From a candidate division WOR-3 bacterium (GTDB taxonomy: Bacteria; Hydrothermota; Tepidihabitantia; SM23-42; JAOAFX01): a stretch of 21,295 nt of DNA. Under the pieces are notes generated by a model. It was not told the DNA's origin, did no database searches, and saw only the letters and a program-made list of their open reading frames with translations. The stretch's first letter is position 1. Each line of letters begins with the position of its first letter. The position numbers and the translations under genes were made by a program. This document shows, one piece after another, positions 9,157-17,579 of the stretch. Location of the stretch: contig JBBILZ010000042.1 in assembly GCA_037444665.1 (NCBI GenBank), positions 1 through 21,295 of the forward strand, in the 5' to 3' direction.

Positions 9157-9440
9157 TTGATACTTGATTCTAGATGCTGGATTTCTTTGGTCTATTTAGT
9201 CTTTTTGAACACATTATTCCAATGGAATGGAAGTGAGACTTCGTCTGGAATTGAGGCTTCGCCTGGAAAGGAGTGCAGAGCACTGGAAGAATCTGGTCTA
9301 TTTGGTCTTTTTAGTATTTTTTGGTCTATTTAGTTCTGTTATCTTCTACTTACTACCTACTATCTTCCCTTTCCTTATTTTACGCCCTTTTTCGCCCTTT
9401 CGCCTTTTTTAGCCTTCTTGAGCCCTTTTTCGTCCTTTTA
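9157..9440. repeat. Mosaic of degenerate short tandem repeats (7-, 9-, 18-, 9-, 7- and ~10-nt periods)
   Basis: ttgatac/ttgattc/tagatgc/tggattt (9157-9184); ttggtctat/ttagtcttt (9187-9204, again 9293-9334); tgagacttcgtctggaa/tgaggcttcgcctggaa (9234-9268); tatcttc/tacttac/tacctac/tatcttc (9340-9367); cgcccttttt-like units (9381-9440). Confidence 0.8.
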
Positions 9441-9441
9441 T

Positions 9442-10428
9442 TTATATACCCTCAATTGCCCTACTATTATTTAAATACCACTCAACCATCTTTTTAAATC
9501 CCTCCCTTATTGAAATCTTCTGCTGAAAACCAAGTTGCCTGATTTTATCTGATTTATGAAAGGTAGGTGTATTAAATTTTTTCATCCGTTTGGCAGTGAT
9601 TGGAAAATTATATCCAGTCAGTTTTGCCATAATATCAAAGATACTACCCATAGAGACTGCAAGGGATAAGGGGATTTTGAATTTGGGAATACTATGGGGC
9701 ATAAATTCGGTTATAATTTTCACAATCTCTGCAGTGGTCATCTGGGGTTCGTCAGAGTAATTGAAGACCTGGACACCCGGTTTTAGATGTTCCATCAAAA
9801 AAACTGTCGCATCAACAAGGTTTTCCACATAGGCAACAGATTTGATATTTGTGCCATCGCCAACAAATATAAATCTCTTTTTATAAATCTTATCAATCAG
9901 ATTATAGACATTTCCATAGTTTTCAGGGCCAAAGATTACGGTTGGTCTTATGATTATTGCACATCGGGATTTATCCTCTTCTGTCCATTTTAAAATCTCA
10001 TTTTCTGCGGCAAGTTTTGATTTTCCATAATCCGTGTCTGGAATTAAAGGACTCTGTTCGGTTGTAGGTTCAGTCTGAGTTCCATAAACTGCAACACTAC
10101 TAAAAAAGATTAATTTCTTAATATTCTGTTGTGCCATACACCTCAAGAGATTAATGGTCCCTCCCTGATTCACCCTGAAATACTCTTCCCTTGTTATCCC
10201 AAAATCATGGTGCTTTGCCGCAAGGGAAATGACAAGGTCAGTATCTTCGCAAGATTTATTTACATCAGCACTAACAAGGTAATCACCGGTAATATGGTTA
10301 TATTTAGGCGCCAGCTCAGGAACCGCAGGATTTGTATCCAGCCCATTCAACTGGTGATTATTTTCAACAAGTTTTTTAACAAGGAATCTACCAATAAATC
10401 CACTGCTACCAATGATTGTAATCTTCAT
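9442..10428 (-). CDS. NAD-dependent epimerase/dehydratase, Gnu-like (putative GlcNAc-PP-undecaprenol 4-epimerase)
   Basis: GSSGFIG Rossmann motif, SSVAVYG and YGKSK. LAAKH, IIRPTVIFG, GNVYNL, GTNIKSVAYV and FDIMAKLTG...RMKKF match my recollection of E. coli Gnu. Confidence 0.85.
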   Translation of the reverse strand: MKITIIGSSGFIGRFLVKKLVENNHQLNGLDTNPAVPELAPKYNHITGDYLVSADVNKSCEDTDLVISLAAKHHDFGITREEYFRVNQGGTINLLRCMAQQNIKKLIFFSSVAVYGTQTEPTTEQSPLIPDTDYGKSKLAAENEILKWTEEDKSRCAIIIRPTVIFGPENYGNVYNLIDKIYKKRFIFVGDGTNIKSVAYVENLVDATVFLMEHLKPGVQVFNYSDEPQMTTAEIVKIITEFMPHSIPKFKIPLSLAVSMGSIFDIMAKLTGYNFPITAKRMKKFNTPTFHKSDKIRQLGFQQKISIREGFKKMVEWYLNNSRAIEGI

Positions 10429-10442
10429 CTATTTATTATATA

Positions 10443-11570
10443 TCAAAATGGATACCTTTGCAATATCGTCTTCACAATCTTTCTTGAATCAAATTTCTCT
10501 TCAACAAGTTTACGACTCTCTCTGCCCATTTCAATAATCAAATCTGGGTTTAAGATAAATCTTTCCATTGCCTGCGCCAATGCTTCAGGATTCTTAACAG
10601 GCACCAAGAATCCATTTTTGCCGTCTATTACTGTCTCCCGGCAACCACAGGAATCAGTAGTTATTATTGGTAGACCACAGGCACCACCTTCTAATAAAGA
10701 CAATGGAATACCTTCGCGGTAAAACGATGGAAGCACAATTACATCTGCCTTTTGCAGATACTCCTTTATATTATCAGTCATTCCGAGATAATTGATTACC
10801 CCTTCTTGATTCCATTTATTCAATTGCTCGGGCGATATGCCTTTTGGATTCTGCAAATCCACAGGTCCCACAAGCCAGAAATCAACATCTTTATACTTTT
10901 CTTTTAACAGGCGTGCTGCTGAAACGAACTCACCAACACCTTTATCCCCCAGGAGACGGCCAGAAAAGATAAAGACTATCCTGTTATCAGAACGGGTTTT
11001 TTTAGAAATAGGTTTGAACTTTTCAATATCAACACCAGTGCCTGAGACAATGCTTGATTTCTCTTGGGACGCCATATTATATTTCAAAAAGTAATTATAA
11101 TCTTCTTTATTCTGAAAGAATATATGATTTGAAAATTTTAGTGCATATTTGTACATCAATCTCGTTATCCACTGCACTATTCTTTTTTTAAAACCAGTTT
11201 CTGTAAATACATACCCCATTCCAGGAATCATATTGAAGATGTATTTTATCCCGGCAATCTTTGCGGCAATTGTGCCATAAATCACAGGTTTTACTGTAAA
11301 ATGCTGGACAATATCGGGTTGATATTTTTTATAAGCCTGGGTAAATTTAGATAAGAGCAGTATATCCTCTAAAGGGTTGATACCGCTCCTTTTAATCTTT
11401 ATATCAATGTGGAGAACATTCAATTTGTTTAGATTACCAACATATCTATCAGCAGGTGAAAGCGCGAGCACCTGATAACCCCGTTCTAATAATTCTTTTA
11501 TTAATGGTAACCGAAAATTATAAAGATACCAGGTTGTGTTGGCAGAAAGAATAATTCTAAATTGCGACAT
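10443..11570 (-). CDS. Glycosyltransferase family 4 (PglA/CapM-like)
   Basis: NTTWYLYNFR, FTVKPVIYG, FQNKED, GTGVD, GRLLGDKG and LPSFYREGIPLSLLE (EX7E). Confidence 0.92.
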   Translation of the reverse strand: MSQFRIILSANTTWYLYNFRLPLIKELLERGYQVLALSPADRYVGNLNKLNVLHIDIKIKRSGINPLEDILLLSKFTQAYKKYQPDIVQHFTVKPVIYGTIAAKIAGIKYIFNMIPGMGYVFTETGFKKRIVQWITRLMYKYALKFSNHIFFQNKEDYNYFLKYNMASQEKSSIVSGTGVDIEKFKPISKKTRSDNRIVFIFSGRLLGDKGVGEFVSAARLLKEKYKDVDFWLVGPVDLQNPKGISPEQLNKWNQEGVINYLGMTDNIKEYLQKADVIVLPSFYREGIPLSLLEGGACGLPIITTDSCGCRETVIDGKNGFLVPVKNPEALAQAMERFILNPDLIIEMGRESRKLVEEKFDSRKIVKTILQRYPF

Positions 11571-11578
11571 TCTCAGTA

Positions 11579-11607
11579 ATTATACTTAAATAATCACACC
11601 AGGTCAA
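11579..11607 (-). promoter_or_regulatory. Sigma70-type promoter (TTGACC-N17-TATAAT), 8 nt before the GT4 ATG
   Basis: The minus strand reads TTGACC tggtgtgattatttaag TATAAT tactgaga ATG. Confidence 0.72.
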
Positions 11608-11716
11608 CAATTTTGCTAATGAAGGCAATATACTTAAAAGTGTGGAAATTCTGCTTGAAATTAAAAGAAAAAGGCATAAATATTTTTCTTGCTAAAAAAT
11701 GATATTAAGAAAATTA

Positions 11717-14374
11717 TTATCTAATAAATATTACCTTTGCTAATTTTTTGTAATCCACACTCTCAAGATTTACAAAGTAAACCCCTGCAGATAAACCTTC
11801 TGGTTTTATCAAAACCTCATTCATCCCAAGTTTAGATTTTATTATATTTTGTTGATGCACAATCCTGCCACAGACATCATATAACTTGATTGTTATCTTT
11901 CTCTCATCCGATGAATTGAATCTGATTTTCAAAATACCTTTTGCTGGATTGGGACTTATTTCTAATCCATAATCAATCTGCGATATCCTGTATCCCTCAT
12001 TCTCTTCAATATCTGTAGATGAATAAAACTTCGCCCAGATGCGCATTGTATTTGCAGGACGGCTGTTAATTGACTTTGTAAAACCAGAATAAGTTAACAG
12101 AACCATATTCCCTGTGCCATGGGCTAAGGCGGGTGCAACCTGGGCTCCGGGCGCCATTACCACTGGAAAGGCATCTATAGAGTCTATCACAATTCCATCA
12201 GTTGTTACCCTGGAACCGTATATATCCCAGAAACCATTGCGATAATCTTGCCACATTATTACATATTTATCCCCATCAAAGACAACAGAAGGATAGATTT
12301 GAGTATTGGACACATGGGTTATATCTATTCCTGCAGTATCAAGAACAACTCCGTCCGGACTTACCCGCGCACCCCAAATATCAGGACCACTGTAGTAACT
12401 CCCAGTATTACAAACTACAAAGTAATTTATGCCGTCAAAGGCAACCGAAGGATTATGGAGGAAGTGATTAGTGATGCAAATTCCCGCAGTATCAAGAACC
12501 ACGCCCGCGGGACTTACCCTTGCACCATAAACTCTCCAGTATCCATCTCCTACATATCTACCCCACACTACCAGAAAATTATTATTGTCAAATGATATAC
12601 AGGATGGGCGCTCTTGAAGGCCAGTTGATGGAAGGGGAATACCATTGGGGTCAAGGACTAAACCTGATGGACTTACCCGTGCACAGTAAATATTATAGTT
12701 CCCAGCCCTCTTATCTTCCCAGGAAACTAAATAGTTATTTCCACCAAAACAGACTGCAGGCGATGATTGTGTATCTACAGCAGTAGAAATGGCAAAACCT
12801 CCAGGGTCTAACACCACCCCTTCGGGAGAAACACGAGCCCCCCATATATCCCAACCTGTCTCAGCCGACCTTCTATCCTGCCAGACCACAAGATAGTTTG
12901 TACCATCAAAGGCAACTGCTGGAGACCTCTGGTCATCAGTGGCACTGCAAATTTGAACTGGACCAGAATCCAGAATCGTTCCATCCATTCCCAGCCGAAT
13001 GCCGTAGATATCATACCAGTATCCTGTCCGGGCATCTTCCCATACAACAAAGTAATTAGTGCCATCAAAGGCACAGGCTGGGTTATTCTGGCGATTCCCC
13101 ATATGGGGTATGAGGAATCCCATTGAGTCTGCAGGATTACCATTTAAGTCTATAAAGGTACCAAAAATTTCAGACCACAGACCACAGCGACTATCTTCCC
13201 AGACCGCCAGATAACGGTCAGTGCCAAACTTAATTGCGGGATTTGTCTGCTGATTCATTGCGCCCGAAATGCGTATACCAGCTGTATCAATGACCATGCC
13301 AGCAGTATCAATTCGGGCTCCATAGATATCGTAATCGCCGTCCCGCTTATCCTGCCAGATAACAAAAAAGTTATCGTCGCTGAAATCCAACCCTGGAGAA
13401 AGTTGACTGTCTGGAGCGGCTGAAATCTTAATTCCTGCAGTGTCAAAAACTACACCTTCTGGACTAACCCGGGTACAATAAATATCAGAATTACCATTGC
13501 GATTATCAGTGAAAACAACAAGGTAACTCGTTTCTCCAAAGGCAACATCCGGGGACCCTTGATTTGAACCAGGCACAGTAGAAATGGCAATAGTAGGGGT
13601 ATCAATTACCAATCCTTCTTGATTTACACGCACACCGTAAATATTAAAACCATCCGGATTACTAATCAATTCGCTCCAGGCAACGAGATAATTTGTTCCG
13701 TCAAAATCAATTTGAGGATAATTTACATGCCCCAAATATTTATAATACACAATCTTTGCGTTAGGGTCAAGAATCATTCCTTGCTGACTGACCCGTTTAC
13801 CATAAATAATGTCTGCCCAGTCATACCAGTAATATTCTACTATACTTGATATTATGAAATAATTTGTCCCATCAAATGAGATTACAGGTTTTGCCTGATA
13901 ATCAAAAATCTCCAGTCCAGTGGCAATAGCCTGGGTATCTAACAGAACCCCAGAAGGTTCAACCCGTCCTGCATACACCCTTCCCCTACTACACCAGGCG
14001 ATTAAATAATTAGTATCTCCCCAAATCAGAAAAGGCAGTGTTTGGTCAGCGGGGCTGATTGAAACCAGAATTCCCGCTGAATCAAGCAGATTACCAAGTG
14101 TATCCACCCTTGCAGCATAGATATCAAAATCAATACCTGTGCGATTATCCTGCCATGCAACAAGATAGTTTGTTCCATCAAAACTGACTGCAGGACACAT
14201 CTGAGTCCCAGCAACAGGAGTGTAGCACAGACTGGTATCTAAAAGAAAATCTCCATCTTGCAATAAACCCGGTGCAGGATTGTCAATCAACCGGCTCATA
14301 TCAATGTTGTTGCCCGATAAAACACTCAAAAATCCTAATAAAATAAAAATTTGGCTATATTTCACATTACCCAT
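11717..14374 (-). CDS. Secreted repeat protein A: 14 ~52-aa blades (putative double 7-bladed beta-propeller) plus T9SS type-A-like C-terminal domain
   Basis: Hydrophobic N-terminal signal. 14 copies (last one divergent) of Q-x-x-P-x-V-x-FDGTNY-x-V-x-W-x-D-x-R...DIYGARV-x3-G-x-VLD. C-terminus ISPNP...LYDVCGR...LSAGVYFV...KVIFIR. Confidence 0.88.
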   Translation of the reverse strand: MGNVKYSQIFILLGFLSVLSGNNIDMSRLIDNPAPGLLQDGDFLLDTSLCYTPVAGTQMCPAVSFDGTNYLVAWQDNRTGIDFDIYAARVDTLGNLLDSAGILVSISPADQTLPFLIWGDTNYLIAWCSRGRVYAGRVEPSGVLLDTQAIATGLEIFDYQAKPVISFDGTNYFIISSIVEYYWYDWADIIYGKRVSQQGMILDPNAKIVYYKYLGHVNYPQIDFDGTNYLVAWSELISNPDGFNIYGVRVNQEGLVIDTPTIAISTVPGSNQGSPDVAFGETSYLVVFTDNRNGNSDIYCTRVSPEGVVFDTAGIKISAAPDSQLSPGLDFSDDNFFVIWQDKRDGDYDIYGARIDTAGMVIDTAGIRISGAMNQQTNPAIKFGTDRYLAVWEDSRCGLWSEIFGTFIDLNGNPADSMGFLIPHMGNRQNNPACAFDGTNYFVVWEDARTGYWYDIYGIRLGMDGTILDSGPVQICSATDDQRSPAVAFDGTNYLVVWQDRRSAETGWDIWGARVSPEGVVLDPGGFAISTAVDTQSSPAVCFGGNNYLVSWEDKRAGNYNIYCARVSPSGLVLDPNGIPLPSTGLQERPSCISFDNNNFLVVWGRYVGDGYWRVYGARVSPAGVVLDTAGICITNHFLHNPSVAFDGINYFVVCNTGSYYSGPDIWGARVSPDGVVLDTAGIDITHVSNTQIYPSVVFDGDKYVIMWQDYRNGFWDIYGSRVTTDGIVIDSIDAFPVVMAPGAQVAPALAHGTGNMVLLTYSGFTKSINSRPANTMRIWAKFYSSTDIEENEGYRISQIDYGLEISPNPAKGILKIRFNSSDERKITIKLYDVCGRIVHQQNIIKSKLGMNEVLIKPEGLSAGVYFVNLESVDYKKLAKVIFIR

Positions 14375-14379
14375 AAGAA

Positions 14380-17016
14380 TTATTCTATCTTCACAATCTT
14401 TACGCTTTTATTTAATTTCCCTTCACAATACACAAAATAGATCCCGGCCGGTAATTTGCGGCCGGTATTGTCATCTCCGTACCAGCAAATATTGGATACC
14501 CGAGCAAAAGACCTTACTACTCTTCCTGTTACATCATAAATCACAATTGAATCGTGAAATTGAGAAGTAGTTTTTGGATTTATCATTTTGATGGTAAGGG
14601 CATCCCTGAATGGATTTGGAAATACTACCAAATCATAGTCACTTTCCATAATTCTATTTACGGGCTTCTCTCCAATCCCTGTAAATGGATAAAACTTTCC
14701 CCAGATGCGCATTGTATTTGCCGGAGTATTATTGATTGAATCGGTAAAACCCGAATAGGTTATAAGAATTGTATCACCAATTCCATCTGCTATTGAAGGT
14801 TGAATTTGCTGATCGGGTTGGAGCGAGACAGAAAAAGTCTCCATAATATTTCCCGCTCTTGAGACCCGTGCTCCGTATATATTCCATTCGCCATCCCGGT
14901 AATCCTGCCAAGCAATAAAATGACCACTGCTGCCGAAGGCAACACAGGGGTAATGTTGGTCTTCGGGCGCAACACAAATTGGGATACCGGATGGGTCAAG
15001 AACCACACCCGTTGGAGCAACACGCGTACCATAAATGCCGTTAGTATTATCAAACATGTTTCCCATATCCCAGGTTACCAGATAATTATAGTCATCAAAA
15101 GCGACCGAAGGACTTGAACATACATACTCCCAACCGCCACCCAGGAAAATATGCTCAGGGTCCAGGACGACCCCTGATTGACTGACCCGAGCTCCCCAGA
15201 CTTGTCCCACGATTGTTTGACGATTTTCAGAAAGAATAAAATTTTTCTCATTCCTGTAATTGAGATCACCATAGTAAAAACTCCACCATACTACGAAGTA
15301 GTTTGTGGTATCAAAAGCAATCGCTGGTTCATACTCAAAGCGCCAATCTATTGAGACAGGGATTTCAAGAGTGTCAAGCACTACACCGTCAAGTGATATA
15401 CGGGAACAATAAATGTTTTCACCCGCATCCCATGCAACCAGATAAAATTGTCCACCAAATGCAACCGCCGGATTTTGTGCATTGTCACTTATAAAAATGC
15501 CCGATGGGTCAAGAACCACACCAGCCTGATTCACGCGCGCCCCATAAATATCGCTCCTGCCATTCCGGAAATCCACCCATACCACAAAATAATTACCGCC
15601 ACCATAGGCGATGGCGGGATTGATTTGATTACCGGGAGCAGTGGAGATCGGGATACATAATGGGTCAAGAACTTCTCCCGTAGAACTGATTCTTGTCCCG
15701 TAAATGTCGTAAGATGTTACGTTCCGATTATCCTGCCAGACCGTGAAAAAATTGGTTCCGTCAAAGGCCGTAGCAGGAGATTCCTGTCGATAAACTCCCC
15801 ACGATACAGGAATACCAAGAGGGTCAAGGACCACGCCCGTGGAACTTACCCTTGCACCGTAGAGCGTTTGCGTATAACTATAGCGTTTGTCAACCCAGAC
15901 AACAAAATAGTTCATACCATCAAAGCATACAGAAGGATATGTTTGCCCATCATTAGCAGTTGATATGGCGATGCTTGAGATAACACTCCCCATATGATTT
16001 ACCAAAGCCCCATTAATATCAGAAACTCCATACCGACTATCTCCCCAGGCAACCAGATAGTTTGCTCCATCAAAAGCCAGGGATGGAAATATCTGGTTAC
16101 GAGGGGCATCAGAGATTACCAAACCGGCAGTATCAAGGACAACACCATCAGGGCTTACCCGGGCGCCAAAGATATCCCACCACCCACTGAGACGATTATC
16201 TTGCCAGACCACAAAATAGTTTGTGCCATCAAAGGCAACTACTGGATGCTCCTGACCGTTAGAGGCAGCGGAAATTGCAAATCCTGTGGAATCAAGAACA
16301 GTCCCATCAGGGCTTACCCGGGCGCCATAAATATCCCAGGCGCCATTGCGATTATCCTCCCAGACCACAAGATAGTTTACGCCATCAAAGGCAATTGATG
16401 GATAATCCTGACGGCCTGGTGTCGGTGAGATTGCAATTCCGGTCGTATCAATAACAACGCCATCAGTATTCACCCGGGCACAATAAATATGCCAGTCGTA
16501 GTAGCTCACTTGCTTACTCCATACCACAAAATAATTCATATTATAAAAAGTAACACAGGGATGATAGACAGCTCCCGTAGATATAAGAATTCCTGTTGAA
16601 TCAATTACTGCTCCCTGGGCATCAATGCGTGTCCCATAAATTGCCATTTCACCATTACGGTCATCGCTCCAAACAACAAAAAAATTTGAACCGTCAGTAG
16701 CAACTGAAGGGTCACGCTGATTATTTGGCGCAAGGGAAATATAGATACTTCCTGAATCGAGGAGGAAACCTCCAGAGGTTACTCGAGCACCATAAATATC
16801 CCTGGTTCCTGCCCAGATACTATACCACGCAACAAGATAGTTTGAACCATTCCATGAAACAGAAGGGTGCACTGCAGAAACAGGAACATATATGACATTA
16901 GTATCAAAGAGAATTTCCCCGGTTCTTGATGATAAAGGAGCACTGGCATTATTCGGTGAAGGTAAGTTTTTACTGAATAGCATAAATATAGGGATGATAA
17001 ATAGTCTAATCAGCAT
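14380..17016 (-). CDS. Secreted repeat protein B, paralogue of A: 14 blades plus FlgD/T9SS-like C-terminal domain
   Basis: Same repeat 14 times and the same closing blade (TYSGFT-x-SIN-x2-PANTMRIW-x-KFY). C-terminus VFPNPF...IYDVTGRVVR...WYGDDNTGRKLPAGIYFV. Ends 5 bp before the start of gene A. Confidence 0.88.
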   Translation of the reverse strand: MLIRLFIIPIFMLFSKNLPSPNNASAPLSSRTGEILFDTNVIYVPVSAVHPSVSWNGSNYLVAWYSIWAGTRDIYGARVTSGGFLLDSGSIYISLAPNNQRDPSVATDGSNFFVVWSDDRNGEMAIYGTRIDAQGAVIDSTGILISTGAVYHPCVTFYNMNYFVVWSKQVSYYDWHIYCARVNTDGVVIDTTGIAISPTPGRQDYPSIAFDGVNYLVVWEDNRNGAWDIYGARVSPDGTVLDSTGFAISAASNGQEHPVVAFDGTNYFVVWQDNRLSGWWDIFGARVSPDGVVLDTAGLVISDAPRNQIFPSLAFDGANYLVAWGDSRYGVSDINGALVNHMGSVISSIAISTANDGQTYPSVCFDGMNYFVVWVDKRYSYTQTLYGARVSSTGVVLDPLGIPVSWGVYRQESPATAFDGTNFFTVWQDNRNVTSYDIYGTRISSTGEVLDPLCIPISTAPGNQINPAIAYGGGNYFVVWVDFRNGRSDIYGARVNQAGVVLDPSGIFISDNAQNPAVAFGGQFYLVAWDAGENIYCSRISLDGVVLDTLEIPVSIDWRFEYEPAIAFDTTNYFVVWWSFYYGDLNYRNEKNFILSENRQTIVGQVWGARVSQSGVVLDPEHIFLGGGWEYVCSSPSVAFDDYNYLVTWDMGNMFDNTNGIYGTRVAPTGVVLDPSGIPICVAPEDQHYPCVAFGSSGHFIAWQDYRDGEWNIYGARVSRAGNIMETFSVSLQPDQQIQPSIADGIGDTILITYSGFTDSINNTPANTMRIWGKFYPFTGIGEKPVNRIMESDYDLVVFPNPFRDALTIKMINPKTTSQFHDSIVIYDVTGRVVRSFARVSNICWYGDDNTGRKLPAGIYFVYCEGKLNKSVKIVKIE

Positions 17017-17026
17017 AACTTCTAAT

Positions 17027-17054
17027 ATTATAAATATTTTTAATAGTCTGTCAA
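17027..17054 (-). promoter_or_regulatory. Consensus sigma70 promoter (TTGACA-N16-TATAAT), 10 nt before the ATG of repeat protein B
   Basis: The minus strand reads TTGACA gactattaaaaatatt TATAAT attagaagtt ATG; no SD. Confidence 0.78.
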
Positions 17055-17076
17055 CCCCTGATTGCAGAGTTTCAAG

Positions 17077-17400
17077 ACATGGTATTCACCCCAAAAGAAA
17101 ATTATTACCAGCGCATTATGGACTCTAAATGCCCCGCCGCCATCAGTAAAAAAAATTCTATAATACCACCGGGAATATATCTTTCGTTGCCCGAGTTTTT
17201 AAAACCACCAGAAAGACTATCCGCAAGATAATCCGACACTATCAGAATGTGGCGTATTAACGATATCAATTTTTTATGGACTTACCCCCTGTGCTGCTTG
17301 ATGATTTAGATATTAACGCCCAATGGATGTTATCGGCAAAAGACAGATTCTTGTTGGAGTATATCAATTAACTGAATACCATGTGTCCGACGGGCTCACA
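17077..17400 (+). mobile_element. Internally deleted, degraded IS remnant (IS481-like by inference)
   Basis: Perfect 12-bp inverted repeat ACATGGTATTCA (17077-17088) / TGAATACCATGT (17373-17384), right end ...CTCACA. Encodes MVFTPKENYYQRIMDSKCPAAI, then after a frame change at the A8 run (17148-17155) an HTH-like GNISFVARVFKTTRKTIRKIIRHY, a stop, and a tail with LPPVLLDDL. Confidence 0.6.
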
Positions 17401-17544
17401 AAAAAAATATTTTTCTTAAGGTCTTTTCCGCTTCGTGGGTATATGTCAACTCTGTAGAACAAAATCCATCACGGATGGAATTATATTTTGTGTGTGAATT
17501 AATTGTGAGAATAACAAAAGGAGCGGTACCAGATATTGGAGTAA

Positions 17545-17572
17545 TTGACATCAAAGATAGAATAGATATAAT
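17545..17572 (+). promoter_or_regulatory. Consensus sigma70 promoter (TTGACA-N16-TATAAT), 7 nt before ATG 17580
   Basis: TTGACA tcaaagatagaataga TATAAT tgtggaa ATG. Confidence 0.8.
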
Positions 17573-17579
17573 TGTGGAA

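Noticed and set aside
9234..9268. 17-bp direct repeat as a possible CRISPR remnant
   Set aside because: Only two adjacent copies with a 1-nt gap, no spacers and no cas genes.
9227..9412. 61-aa ORF MEVRLRLELRLRLE...
   Set aside because: It is a translation of the tandem-repeat mosaic, with low complexity, no convincing SD and no recognisable family.
12202..16398. Multiple short ORFs overlapping the propeller genes, e.g. 12248-12595 and 15994-16398
   Set aside because: Alternate-frame or antisense by-products of the repeated coding sequence.
11717..17016. Diversity-generating retroelement (TR/VR) explanation for the similar segments near 12020-12100 and 14690-14770
   Set aside because: Both copies are coding parts of paralogues, differences are not restricted to adenines, and there is no reverse transcriptase or avd gene in the window.
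17444..17450. TGTCAAC repeated at 17049-17055 and 17444-17450 as a target-site duplication or second promoter
   Set aside because: The copies do not abut the inverted repeats, and the second TTGACA has no properly spaced -10 box.
17475..17579. N-terminal 35-aa extension of the GT4 in the ORF track
   Set aside because: It contains a consensus promoter, and GT4 similarity begins at MKVFFIG.
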